The notes beneath the pieces are model-generated. The model was not told the DNA's origin, did no database searches, and saw only the letters and a list, made by a program, of their open reading frames with translations. The position numbers and the translations under genes are program-made. 64,000 nt of DNA from Clostridia bacterium. GTDB lineage: Bacteria; Bacillota; Clostridia; Christensenellales; Aristaeellaceae. The DNA lies in assembly GCA_017547285.1 (NCBI GenBank), contig JAFYQB010000033.1, forward strand, positions 1,678 to 65,677. The letters are read 5' to 3'. Numbering within the stretch: the first letter of the stretch is position 1; each line of letters opens with the position of its first letter. Positions 9,443 to 17,008 of this stretch are shown one piece after another.

Positions 9443-11206
9443 ATGGTCAATCTGAAAGCCAAACCCTATTACCTGTCGGATGAAGACATCCAGTGGGTCA
9501 GCGACACCATCGGCTCCATGACCCCTGAAGAAAAAGTGGGCCAGCTGTTTTTCCAGCTGACCGCCGGCATGGATGAAGCCTATCTGCGCGAGCTGATGGA
9601 AAAGTACCATCTGGGCGGCATCCGCTACAACAATATGCCCGGCCAGTACGTACAGATGCAGAACCGCATCCTGCAGAAGTATGCCAAAGTACCCGTCATC
9701 ATCGCCTGCAACACCGAATCCGGCGGCAACGGATGCTGCTCCGACGGCACCTATATTGCCCCCGGCATCAAGATCGGTGCGACCGGCAATGTGCAGTACG
9801 CTCACGATCTGGGCCGCATGGCCAATGAAGAAGCTGCCTCCCTGGGCTGCAACATGGCTTTTGCACCCGTGTGTGACATCCATCAGAACTGGGAAAACCA
9901 GGAGATCATCACCCGCGCTTTCGGCAGCGATCCCGTCCGCGTGGCCGAAATGAGCAGGGCTTATCTGGAAGGCGCTCATACCATTCCCGGCTTTGCCTGC
10001 GCCGCCAAGCACTTTCCCGGAAACGGCGAGGACTTCCGCGATGCGCACGTGGCCAACAACATCAACACCATGAATGAAGAAACGTGGATGGCTGCTTTCG
10101 GTCACGTGTACAAGACCCTGATTGATGCCGATCTGGACGCGATCATGGGCGGTCACATCATGATGCCGGAATACATGCGCGAAGTGAAGCCCGGCATTGC
10201 CGATGAGGAAATGCTGCCCGCCACCCTCTGCCCGGAGATTATGACCGGCCTGCTGCGCGACAAACTGGGCTTTAACGGCATGGTCGTTACCGACGCCAGC
10301 CACATGGTCGCCATGACCGACCGCATGACCCGCACCGATATGCTGCCCGCCGCCATCAACGCCGGCTGTGATATGTTCCTGTTCTTCAACGATCCTGAAG
10401 AAGATTTTGCCACCATGCTGAACGCCTACCAGACCGGCAAGATTTCCGAAGAGCGCATGACAGAAGCGCTCACCCGCATTCTGGGTCTGAAGGCACACAT
10501 GGGCCTGCACAAAAAGGCGAAGGAAGAACTGGTGCCTGCCTCTCCCGCACTGGGCAAAGAGGAAGCCAAAGCGGTCAGCGCCGCCATCAGCCGCGACGCG
10601 CTGACCCTTGTCAAATACAAGGATGCGGATGTGCTGCCCCTGACGCCCGAAAAGTACAAGCGCATCATGATCGTGCATGTCAAGGGCGCGGCCGGACCCA
10701 TGGAACTGATGATGAAACTGGCCATGGGCGGCGCCGGTCCTCAGAAGACCCCTGCCGAGGATCTTCGTGATCGTCTGATCGAAAAGGGCTTTGATGCTTT
10801 CATTTACGAAAGCCCGCTGGACAAGATCAAGCAGCAGATCGAAGCCGGTGAAAAGCCCAGCCTGAACCTGTACTTTGCCGGCAAGAATGCCATTGCCGAT
10901 TTCAAGGCGCAGCAGGATCTGGTAATCACGCTCTTCGACGTGAGCATGGGCCGTCCCGTTTTCGGCATGAGCAAGGGCGGCGGCGAAATTCCGTGGTACG
11001 TATTCGAGCTGCCCGTGATCGGCCTGAGCGTGAACCTGCCCACAATGCTTGCCGATGTGCCCCAGCTGCGCACCTACATCAACGCTTACGATTCCAAGCC
11101 CGCCACCATGGAAGCCATCGTGGACAAGCTGCTCTCCGGCCCCGGGGCGTTCACTGCCAAGGATCCCATTGACAGCTTCTGCGGCCTGTGGGACGCAAAA
11201 ATCTAA
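9443..11206 (+). CDS. GH3 glycoside hydrolase (beta-N-acetylhexosaminidase/beta-glucosidase-like)
   Basis: 587 aa. KHFPGNGEDFRDAH and GFNGMVVTDASHM blocks belong to the GH3 N-terminal domain. No signal peptide. AAAGGGAG RBS. Confidence 0.8.
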   Translation: MVNLKAKPYYLSDEDIQWVSDTIGSMTPEEKVGQLFFQLTAGMDEAYLRELMEKYHLGGIRYNNMPGQYVQMQNRILQKYAKVPVIIACNTESGGNGCCSDGTYIAPGIKIGATGNVQYAHDLGRMANEEAASLGCNMAFAPVCDIHQNWENQEIITRAFGSDPVRVAEMSRAYLEGAHTIPGFACAAKHFPGNGEDFRDAHVANNINTMNEETWMAAFGHVYKTLIDADLDAIMGGHIMMPEYMREVKPGIADEEMLPATLCPEIMTGLLRDKLGFNGMVVTDASHMVAMTDRMTRTDMLPAAINAGCDMFLFFNDPEEDFATMLNAYQTGKISEERMTEALTRILGLKAHMGLHKKAKEELVPASPALGKEEAKAVSAAISRDALTLVKYKDADVLPLTPEKYKRIMIVHVKGAAGPMELMMKLAMGGAGPQKTPAEDLRDRLIEKGFDAFIYESPLDKIKQQIEAGEKPSLNLYFAGKNAIADFKAQQDLVITLFDVSMGRPVFGMSKGGGEIPWYVFELPVIGLSVNLPTMLADVPQLRTYINAYDSKPATMEAIVDKLLSGPGAFTAKDPIDSFCGLWDAKI

Positions 11207-11217
11207 AATGGGAGAGT

Positions 11218-11316
11218 GCCTCCGGCGGCCAAGGGCTCTGCCCTTGGATCCCGCTCAATGGGCATTGCCCCTTGAGAATCCCGTTTCCGAACCCGTTTCA
11301 CGGGTTCGGGGCGGGG
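11218..11316. repeat. structured intergenic repeat, family B, copy 1
   Basis: Starts 12 nt after the GH3 stop. It shares with 18907-18999 the blocks gcctccggcgg and gggcattgcccctt(g/a)agaatcccgt (24/25 identical). It also shares two hairpins at the same spacing but with different stem sequences (11229-11247 and 11287-11309), followed by ggcgg. Confidence 0.55.
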
Positions 11317-11418
11317 TCTTTTTGATTGACGCTGCATCAAAAACCGGCCCTTTTCCTGTTTCACTTGCGCCAAATCCGGTTATCCTGTAATCAACCCAAA
11401 CAAAAGGAGTCGATCACC

Positions 11419-11877
11419 ATGTTGGAAGCCGGAATGAAAGCCCCTGATTTCACCCTGTACGACCAGAACGGTTCTGCCGTTACCCTGTCCGACTATCTGG
11501 GCAAAAAGGTCGTTCTGTATTTTTATCCCAAGGATAACACCCCCGGCTGCACCCGTCAGGCCTGTGCTTTTGCCCAGGCATATGACGCCTTCCGCCAACA
11601 GGATGTGGCGGTCATCGGCATCAGCAAGGACAGCGTGGCCTCCCACCTGAAATTTGCGCAGAAATTTGAACTGCCCTTCGTGCTGCTGGCCGATCCGGAA
11701 AAGATCGCCATTCAGGCCTACGATGTGTGGCAGGAAAAGAAAATGTGCGGCAAGGTCAGCATGGGTGTGGTGCGCTCCACCTACATCATTGACGAACAGG
11801 GCATGATTGAAAAGGTGATGCCCAAAGTCAAGCCCGATACCAACGCGGAAGAAATTCTGGCATACCTGAACAAATAA
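11419..11877 (+). CDS. bcp: thioredoxin-dependent thiol peroxidase (peroxiredoxin Bcp)
   Basis: ORF 11326-11877 trimmed to ATG 11419 (AAGGAG RBS). KAPDFTL...YFYPKDNTPGCTRQAC is the peroxiredoxin motif. 152 aa. Confidence 0.85.
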   Translation: MLEAGMKAPDFTLYDQNGSAVTLSDYLGKKVVLYFYPKDNTPGCTRQACAFAQAYDAFRQQDVAVIGISKDSVASHLKFAQKFELPFVLLADPEKIAIQAYDVWQEKKMCGKVSMGVVRSTYIIDEQGMIEKVMPKVKPDTNAEEILAYLNK

Positions 11878-11884
11878 AATGTGC

Positions 11885-12148
11885 AACGCCTCCGCACAAC
11901 GGCGGAGGCGTCAGCTTGTCAAAAAACGTTTTGGGAGGTGTCGGAGGGCCGCAACCCTCCGACTCTTGTTCCGAAGCTGACGACATGCGCGTCAGCTTCG
12001 GAAGCCTTGCTCAGCAAGGCTTTCCTTACACCGTTTGCCGCCCGGCGAGCCGTCAGGCGAGTAGGCAAACGGTGCATTCTTCGTCGGAAAAGATCGCGTC
12101 AGCGAGCTTTTTCGACGGTCTAACGCCTCCGCACAACGGCGGAGGCGT
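11885..12148. repeat. hairpin-rich ~210-nt insertion bracketed by a 27-nt direct repeat (MITE/REP-like element, family A)
   Basis: aacgcctccgcacaacggcggaggcgt occurs identically at 11885-11911 and 12122-12148. The intervening 11912-12121 holds at least five further stem-loops: 11941-11962, 11969-12003, 12004-12020, 12032-12071 and 12081-12119. Confidence 0.5.
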
Positions 12149-12153
12149 TTTGT
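12123..12153 (+). terminator. rho-independent terminator after bcp (second copy of the duplicated hairpin)
   Basis: 9-10 bp GC-rich stem acgcctccg/cggaggcgt followed by TTTT. It abuts the stop codon of the convergent HIT gene. Confidence 0.6.
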
Positions 12154-12806
12154 TATGCACGTTTTTTGCCCGAAACAATATGAAAAACCGGCATTGCCTG
12201 ATCATTCTTCCGCGGATTATGCTGATACACAAGCGAATACCCTTGCTGCACGATTCCAAACTGCGCATCCAGCCCATCGATACAGCGCAAAACGCCTGAC
12301 AAATAATCATCCCGCGCCGATGAAACCGATCGGATCACCAAATGAATGTCCCACTCGGGGTGAGCAGGCTTCAAAATACAGATCTTTTCATTCTGATAAA
12401 AAACAGCTGCGCCGTTTTCCTTTTCAGCGTTTTCGGTTACCAGCGGATGATCCGTAAACATGTGAAAATGAACCTGCTGAACCTCCTGCCGTTTCCCGCC
12501 GTTGGCAGCCAGTGTGAATGCGCGATCGATTTCCGGCTGTCCGGCATGCACCGCCATCGCTGCCGACCAGATGGCGGTAAAGTATGAAGGCTCCGCCGCC
12601 AGCTGCTGCAGGCTCCGGACGGGTCTTTTGGGCGAAAGGATCAGGTGATGGGGATAGCAGGGCTGAGGATGGGCAAAAATAAAGACCTCCTTGTTTGACA
12701 CGATTCTTTTGACAGGGATCAACCGGCTCATGTATTGAAATGCGAAGCCGACGATTTTACCCATCCAGGGGCTTTTGGCCATCCGAAACAACCATTTCCG
12801 AACCAT
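12153..12806 (-). CDS. HIT-family protein with a degenerate second HIT-like half
   Basis: ORF 12153-12848 trimmed to ATG 12806 (GAGGAAG RBS). It reads IFAHPQPCYPHHLILSPK...ANGGKRQEVQQVHFHMFTD. The C-terminal half repeats the pattern (ILKPAHPEWDIHLVI...PVFHIVSG). Confidence 0.7.
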   Translation of the reverse strand: MVRKWLFRMAKSPWMGKIVGFAFQYMSRLIPVKRIVSNKEVFIFAHPQPCYPHHLILSPKRPVRSLQQLAAEPSYFTAIWSAAMAVHAGQPEIDRAFTLAANGGKRQEVQQVHFHMFTDHPLVTENAEKENGAAVFYQNEKICILKPAHPEWDIHLVIRSVSSARDDYLSGVLRCIDGLDAQFGIVQQGYSLVYQHNPRKNDQAMPVFHIVSGKKRA

Positions 12807-12866
12807 TCTTTCTTCCTCTGCATACAGGAAAGCTGCGCTGACAGGCATCAGCGCAGCTTTGGATTT

Positions 12867-13451
12867 TTACATGGAGAACAGAATGCCAACCACAGCAGAG
12901 CCCAGAATGAACACAATGGGATGCAGGCTCTTGACCTTTTTGACCTTGTTGGTGAGCACCCACAATACAACCGCCAGGATCAGGCCCTTCCAGTTGAAGG
13001 CGTTCAGCGCAGCCAGACCGCCTGGCAACAGATTGGTGACCGCAACGCTCAGACCGGCAGCAGCGATGAGGCCGGTGGAGGCGGGGCGCAGGCCGTAGAA
13101 AGCTGCGTTCACATACTTGTTGTTGCGGAAGGCCTTCAGGATCATGCACACGATCATGATCACAATGAAGGAAGGCGTTACCAGACCCAGCGTCGCCGTC
13201 ACGGAACCCAGAATGGCGGTGGGCAGGCCGGATACATCCATGCCGGTCACAAAGCCCACGTAGGTGGCCATGTTCACGCCGATGGGGCCGGGGGTGGATT
13301 CGCCCACGGCGATCATGTTGGCCAGCTCGTTATGGGTAAACCAGCCGGTGGCGGTGGAGATATCATAGAGGAACGGAATGGTCGCCATGCCGCCGCCTAC
13401 GGCGAACAGGCCGGTCTTGAAGAAAGCCCAGAACAGTTCCAGAAAAATCAT
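12867..13451 (-). CDS. chrA: chromate transporter ChrA, half-size subunit
   Basis: 194 aa, FKTGLFAVGGGMATIPFL...GESTPGPIGVN. The start overlaps the upstream chrA stop in ATGA (13448-13451). Confidence 0.8.
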   Translation of the reverse strand: MIFLELFWAFFKTGLFAVGGGMATIPFLYDISTATGWFTHNELANMIAVGESTPGPIGVNMATYVGFVTGMDVSGLPTAILGSVTATLGLVTPSFIVIMIVCMILKAFRNNKYVNAAFYGLRPASTGLIAAAGLSVAVTNLLPGGLAALNAFNWKGLILAVVLWVLTNKVKKVKSLHPIVFILGSAVVGILFSM

Positions 13452-13984
13452 GCCTTCTTCCCTCCCATATTCTTCACAACTACGCCGAGAATACCGGCGG
13501 CCAGCACGAACACAACCGGGCTGACAGGGGTAAAGTAGCTGCCCAGCGCAACCACCAGGAATACGGCCAGCGTCAGCTTATCGATGACGGCCTTTTTGAA
13601 CAGCTTGGTCACGGCATTCAGAATCAGGATGCACACGCAGATGCGGATGCCGCCGAACGCATGCTGCACCCACGCAATATGGCTGAACGCTTCAATCACG
13701 CCGGCCAGCAGCATAATAATGATCAGAGACGGGAACACCACGCCCAGTGTGGCAAACAGACCGCCCCAGAAGCCCTTGACCTTCTGACCGGCAAAGGTAG
13801 CGGTGTTGACCGCAATAATGCCCGGCGTACACTGGCCGATGGCAAAGTAGTCCATCAGTTCTTCCTCGGTAGCCCAGCCTTTTTTCTCCACCACTTCACG
13901 CTGCAGAATGGGCAGCATGGCATAGCCGCCGCCAAAGGTCATCACGCCAACCTTGGCAAACGTCAGGAACAAATCCCACAACAC
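13448..13984 (-). CDS. chrA: chromate transporter ChrA, half-size subunit
   Basis: 178 aa, FAKVGVMTFGGGYAMLPILQREVV...GQCTPGIIAVN. It is a paralogue of the downstream half. Confidence 0.8.
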   Translation of the reverse strand: MLWDLFLTFAKVGVMTFGGGYAMLPILQREVVEKKGWATEEELMDYFAIGQCTPGIIAVNTATFAGQKVKGFWGGLFATLGVVFPSLIIIMLLAGVIEAFSHIAWVQHAFGGIRICVCILILNAVTKLFKKAVIDKLTLAVFLVVALGSYFTPVSPVVFVLAAGILGVVVKNMGGKKA

Positions 13985-14054
13985 GTTGTTTCACACTCCC
14001 GGTTTCAAATTGGATACTTTTTTACTATACCATAAAGTATCAAAAAAGCCAATC

Positions 14055-14083
14055 TTTCATCCTTTGAAGATTTATGCTATAAT
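14055..14083 (+). promoter_or_regulatory. candidate promoter for the GH43 gene
   Basis: TTTCAT, 17-nt spacer, then TGCTATAAT, a perfect extended -10 (TATAAT at 14078-14083). Confidence 0.4.
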
Positions 14084-14127
14084 GCAGGTACAGACTGCGT
14101 AAAAGTTAAATAAGGAGTGACGTTCCC

Positions 14128-15165
14128 ATGTTCCTATGCCCCGACAGCATCGCTGATCTTGAACGCTATCCCTATCACATTCGCGATGTACACATCAGCG
14201 ATCCGTTCATTCTGGCGGATCCCGTCAGCAAGCATTACTATACCTACGTGCAGTTTGCCAATCCAGACCGTTTTCCGGATGTTCCGCACGGCAGAGGTTA
14301 CTTTTACGTGCTGGAAAGCGAAGACCTGATCCACTGGACCGCGCCGCAGGTTTGCTTTGAAAAAGGCGATTTCTGGGCCGATCAGGATTACTGGGCACCG
14401 GAATGTCACATCTGGAAGGGCAAATATTATCTGATCAGCTCCTTCCGCGCGGTCGGCACCTACCGCCGGTGCCAGTGCCTGGTATCCGACAGCCCCAGGG
14501 GCCCGTTCAAACCCGTTCGCCCCGAGCCTGTCACCCCGCAGGGCTGGCAGTGTCTGGACGGCACGCTGTACGTGGACAGAAACGGCGATCCGTGGATGGT
14601 CTTCTGCCACGAATGGCTGCAGGTGGAGGACGGTCAGATCTGCGCCGTGCGCCTGAGCGATGATCTGGGCGAGGCCGTCGGCGATCCCATCATTCTCTTC
14701 CGAGCTTCCGAAGCGCCGTGGTCCGGCCCCATCCTTTCCGGCGGCGGCGTAACAGACGGCCCGTTCCTGCACCGTCTGCCCGGCGGCAGGCTGATCATGC
14801 TCTGGTCCAGTTTCATAAAAGGCGGCGGTTACGCCATGAGCTACGCCACCAGCCTTTCCGGCGAGATCACCGGCCCGTGGGTGCAGCGCGAGGATCCGCT
14901 CTATGCCATGGACGGCGCGCATTCCATGCTCTTCCGCACCTTCGGCGGCCAGCTGATGATGAGCTGCCATTGCCCCAACGATCATCCGCGCAAGCGCATC
15001 CTTCTGTTTGAAATGGAAGAAACGCCTACGGATCTGCGCATCATCAACGAAGTGACCGGGAACTGGTACAATCACATCGCCGGCCACGCCGGGCACTACG
15101 CCTACAAGGATCCATGCATCGAAACGCCCTGTTTCAGCCAGGATCCCCGGGCAAAGGACTGCTGA
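14128..15165 (+). CDS. GH43-family glycoside hydrolase (beta-xylosidase/alpha-L-arabinofuranosidase-like)
   Basis: 345 aa. ISDPFIL, YWAPECHIWKGKYYL and LDGTLYVDRNGDPWMVF are five-bladed-propeller blocks. The usual EGP acid block reads TDGPF here. No signal peptide. Confidence 0.75.
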   Translation: MFLCPDSIADLERYPYHIRDVHISDPFILADPVSKHYYTYVQFANPDRFPDVPHGRGYFYVLESEDLIHWTAPQVCFEKGDFWADQDYWAPECHIWKGKYYLISSFRAVGTYRRCQCLVSDSPRGPFKPVRPEPVTPQGWQCLDGTLYVDRNGDPWMVFCHEWLQVEDGQICAVRLSDDLGEAVGDPIILFRASEAPWSGPILSGGGVTDGPFLHRLPGGRLIMLWSSFIKGGGYAMSYATSLSGEITGPWVQREDPLYAMDGAHSMLFRTFGGQLMMSCHCPNDHPRKRILLFEMEETPTDLRIINEVTGNWYNHIAGHAGHYAYKDPCIETPCFSQDPRAKDC

Positions 15166-15218
15166 ACTGGTATACTGCCAAAAGGATCATTTTGTCCCAA
15201 ACTTATAAAGTAATGACG

Positions 15219-15247
15219 TTGTATCCAGAATTTTCGGCGCGTATAAT
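15219..15247 (+). promoter_or_regulatory. candidate promoter for the ABC importer operon
   Basis: TTGTAT (15219-15224), 17-nt spacer, TATAAT (15242-15247). Confidence 0.5.
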
Positions 15248-15309
15248 ATAGACAAATAGGGAGAGAAGCTCCCAAAACGTTAATCAAAACAGAAAAAGGA
15301 GTGGAAACA

Positions 15310-16941
15310 ATGAGGAAACTGTTGGCTGCTATCCTGGCAATCATGATGCTGCTGTCCATGACGAGCTTCGCCATGGCTGAGGAGCCCCTGACTGTTACCG
15401 TTTTCCGCGGCGATCCCGGCGATCAGCCCACGGAAGACAACAAGATCTACAAGATGATCGAAGAAGAATTCGGCGTCAAGTTTGAAATCGAATTCCTGGC
15501 TGGCGACCTGGACGAGACCCTGGGCACCAAGTTCGCCGGTGAAGACTATCCCGACCTGTTCGATGCTGGCAACAGCGCTGAGAAGGCCATCGCCGCCGGC
15601 GCCCTGATCGACCTGCTGCCCTACATCACCGAGGAAGGCACCCCCAACCTCTACAACCACATCAAGGATCTGCTGCCCCAGCTGGTCAATGAGAACGGCG
15701 AACTGTTCATCATCCCCAACTACGGCATCAACTACAACGCTCAGATCCAGAACGCCTGCAACGGCCCCGCCTTCTTCCTGCAGAAGCAGGTTCTGGAGTG
15801 GGCCGGCTACCCCCAGATCAAGACCCTGAACGAATACTTCGACGTGATCGAGAAGTTCCTGGCCGCCAATCCCACCAACGAGAACGGCGCTGCCTATGAA
15901 GGCTTTGCCATCCTGTGCGAAGACTGGCGTCACTTCTGCCTCATCAACCCCGTGCAGCACCTGATGGGCCGCCCCAACGATGGTGAGGTTATCATCAACG
16001 TTAACTCCGGCAACTGGGAGACCGAGACCTTCATCGACAAGCCCTACGCCAAGGACTACTACGCCAAGCTGAACGAAATGTTCAAGAAGGGCCTCATCAA
16101 TCCCGACACTTTCGTTATGACCTATGACCAGTACATCGCCAAGCTGTCCGCCGGCACCGTTCTGGGCATGTTCGACCAGACCTGGGACTTCGGCACCGCC
16201 ACTCAGGCGCTCGAGACCGCCAAGATGTACAAGAACACCTACATCGCTCTGCCTCTGGTCTATGACGAGTCCTACGGCCACGGCGTGATCGAAGAGCACT
16301 ACCTCAACGGCGCCGTTCCCAACAAGGACCGCGGCTTCGGTATCTCCGTGAACTGCGAATACCCCGAAAAGATGATCCAGCTGTTCGAAGGCCTGCTGTC
16401 CGACAAGTGGCAGAAGATCCTGCAGTGGGGCATCGAGGGCGAAGACTACTACGTAGAAAACGGCCGCATGCTCATGACCAAGGAACAGTACAACAACCGT
16501 TCCGACGCTACCTGGAAGATGGCCAACACCGCCATCACCATCTGGGAATCCGCTCCCAAGAAGCAGGGCACTCAGGACGACGGCAACGCCTGGGCTCACA
16601 GCGATCAGGGTGAAAACTACTTTGCTCTGATGAGCGACTATGACAAGGCTTTCCTGACCGCCTACGGCTACAAGAAGCCCGCTGACTTCTTCAACGCTCC
16701 CATCGAGCTGGCTCCCTACGGAGAAGCCTGGCAGATCGACAAGTCCCCCATCCAGGATGACTACGACAAGTACCTGCTGATCCAGGATCAGTGGCTGCCC
16801 AAGGTTATCATGAGCGCCGATCAGGCTGAACTGGACGCCAACTGGGATGCTTTCGTCGCCGAAATCACCCCCTATGCTGAGGTCTACACCGAGTTCATGC
16901 AGGCTGAAGTCCTCAAGCTCGTGGAACAGGCCACCAAGTAA
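15310..16941 (+). CDS. ABC transporter extracellular solute-binding protein (LplA-type, large)
   Basis: ORF 15301-16941. ATG 15310 lies 8 nt after AGGAG. Signal peptide MRKLLAAILAIMMLLSMTSFAMA has no lipobox Cys. It is followed by two permease genes. Confidence 0.85.
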   Translation: MRKLLAAILAIMMLLSMTSFAMAEEPLTVTVFRGDPGDQPTEDNKIYKMIEEEFGVKFEIEFLAGDLDETLGTKFAGEDYPDLFDAGNSAEKAIAAGALIDLLPYITEEGTPNLYNHIKDLLPQLVNENGELFIIPNYGINYNAQIQNACNGPAFFLQKQVLEWAGYPQIKTLNEYFDVIEKFLAANPTNENGAAYEGFAILCEDWRHFCLINPVQHLMGRPNDGEVIINVNSGNWETETFIDKPYAKDYYAKLNEMFKKGLINPDTFVMTYDQYIAKLSAGTVLGMFDQTWDFGTATQALETAKMYKNTYIALPLVYDESYGHGVIEEHYLNGAVPNKDRGFGISVNCEYPEKMIQLFEGLLSDKWQKILQWGIEGEDYYVENGRMLMTKEQYNNRSDATWKMANTAITIWESAPKKQGTQDDGNAWAHSDQGENYFALMSDYDKAFLTAYGYKKPADFFNAPIELAPYGEAWQIDKSPIQDDYDKYLLIQDQWLPKVIMSADQAELDANWDAFVAEITPYAEVYTEFMQAEVLKLVEQATK

Positions 16942-16957
16942 TTCATGATCCCGCGCG

Positions 16958-16993
16958 CCGTGGGGAGAGGTATGCCTCTCCCCATGGTTTTTT
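16958..16993 (+). terminator. intra-operon hairpin/attenuating terminator between the binding-protein and permease genes
   Basis: tggggagagg/cctctcccca 10-bp stem with a tatg loop, followed by TTTTTT. Confidence 0.55.
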
Positions 16994-17008
16994 AGAAAGG
17001 GGTGCCAA

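Noticed and set aside
11885-12148. Possible CRISPR-like array, because of the exact 27-nt repeat.
   Set aside because: There are only two copies. They are separated by 210 nt of hairpin-rich sequence, not by spacer-sized unique segments. There are no cas genes.
11881-12299. ORFs 11881-12123 (80 aa) and 11916-12299 (127 aa) inside the bcp-HIT intergenic region, and ORF 11049-11390 across the repeat after GH3.
   Set aside because: They are read through stacked inverted repeats of the two repeat families. They have no RBS, and they overlap a terminator hairpin or the 3' end of real genes. I treat them as non-coding repeats.
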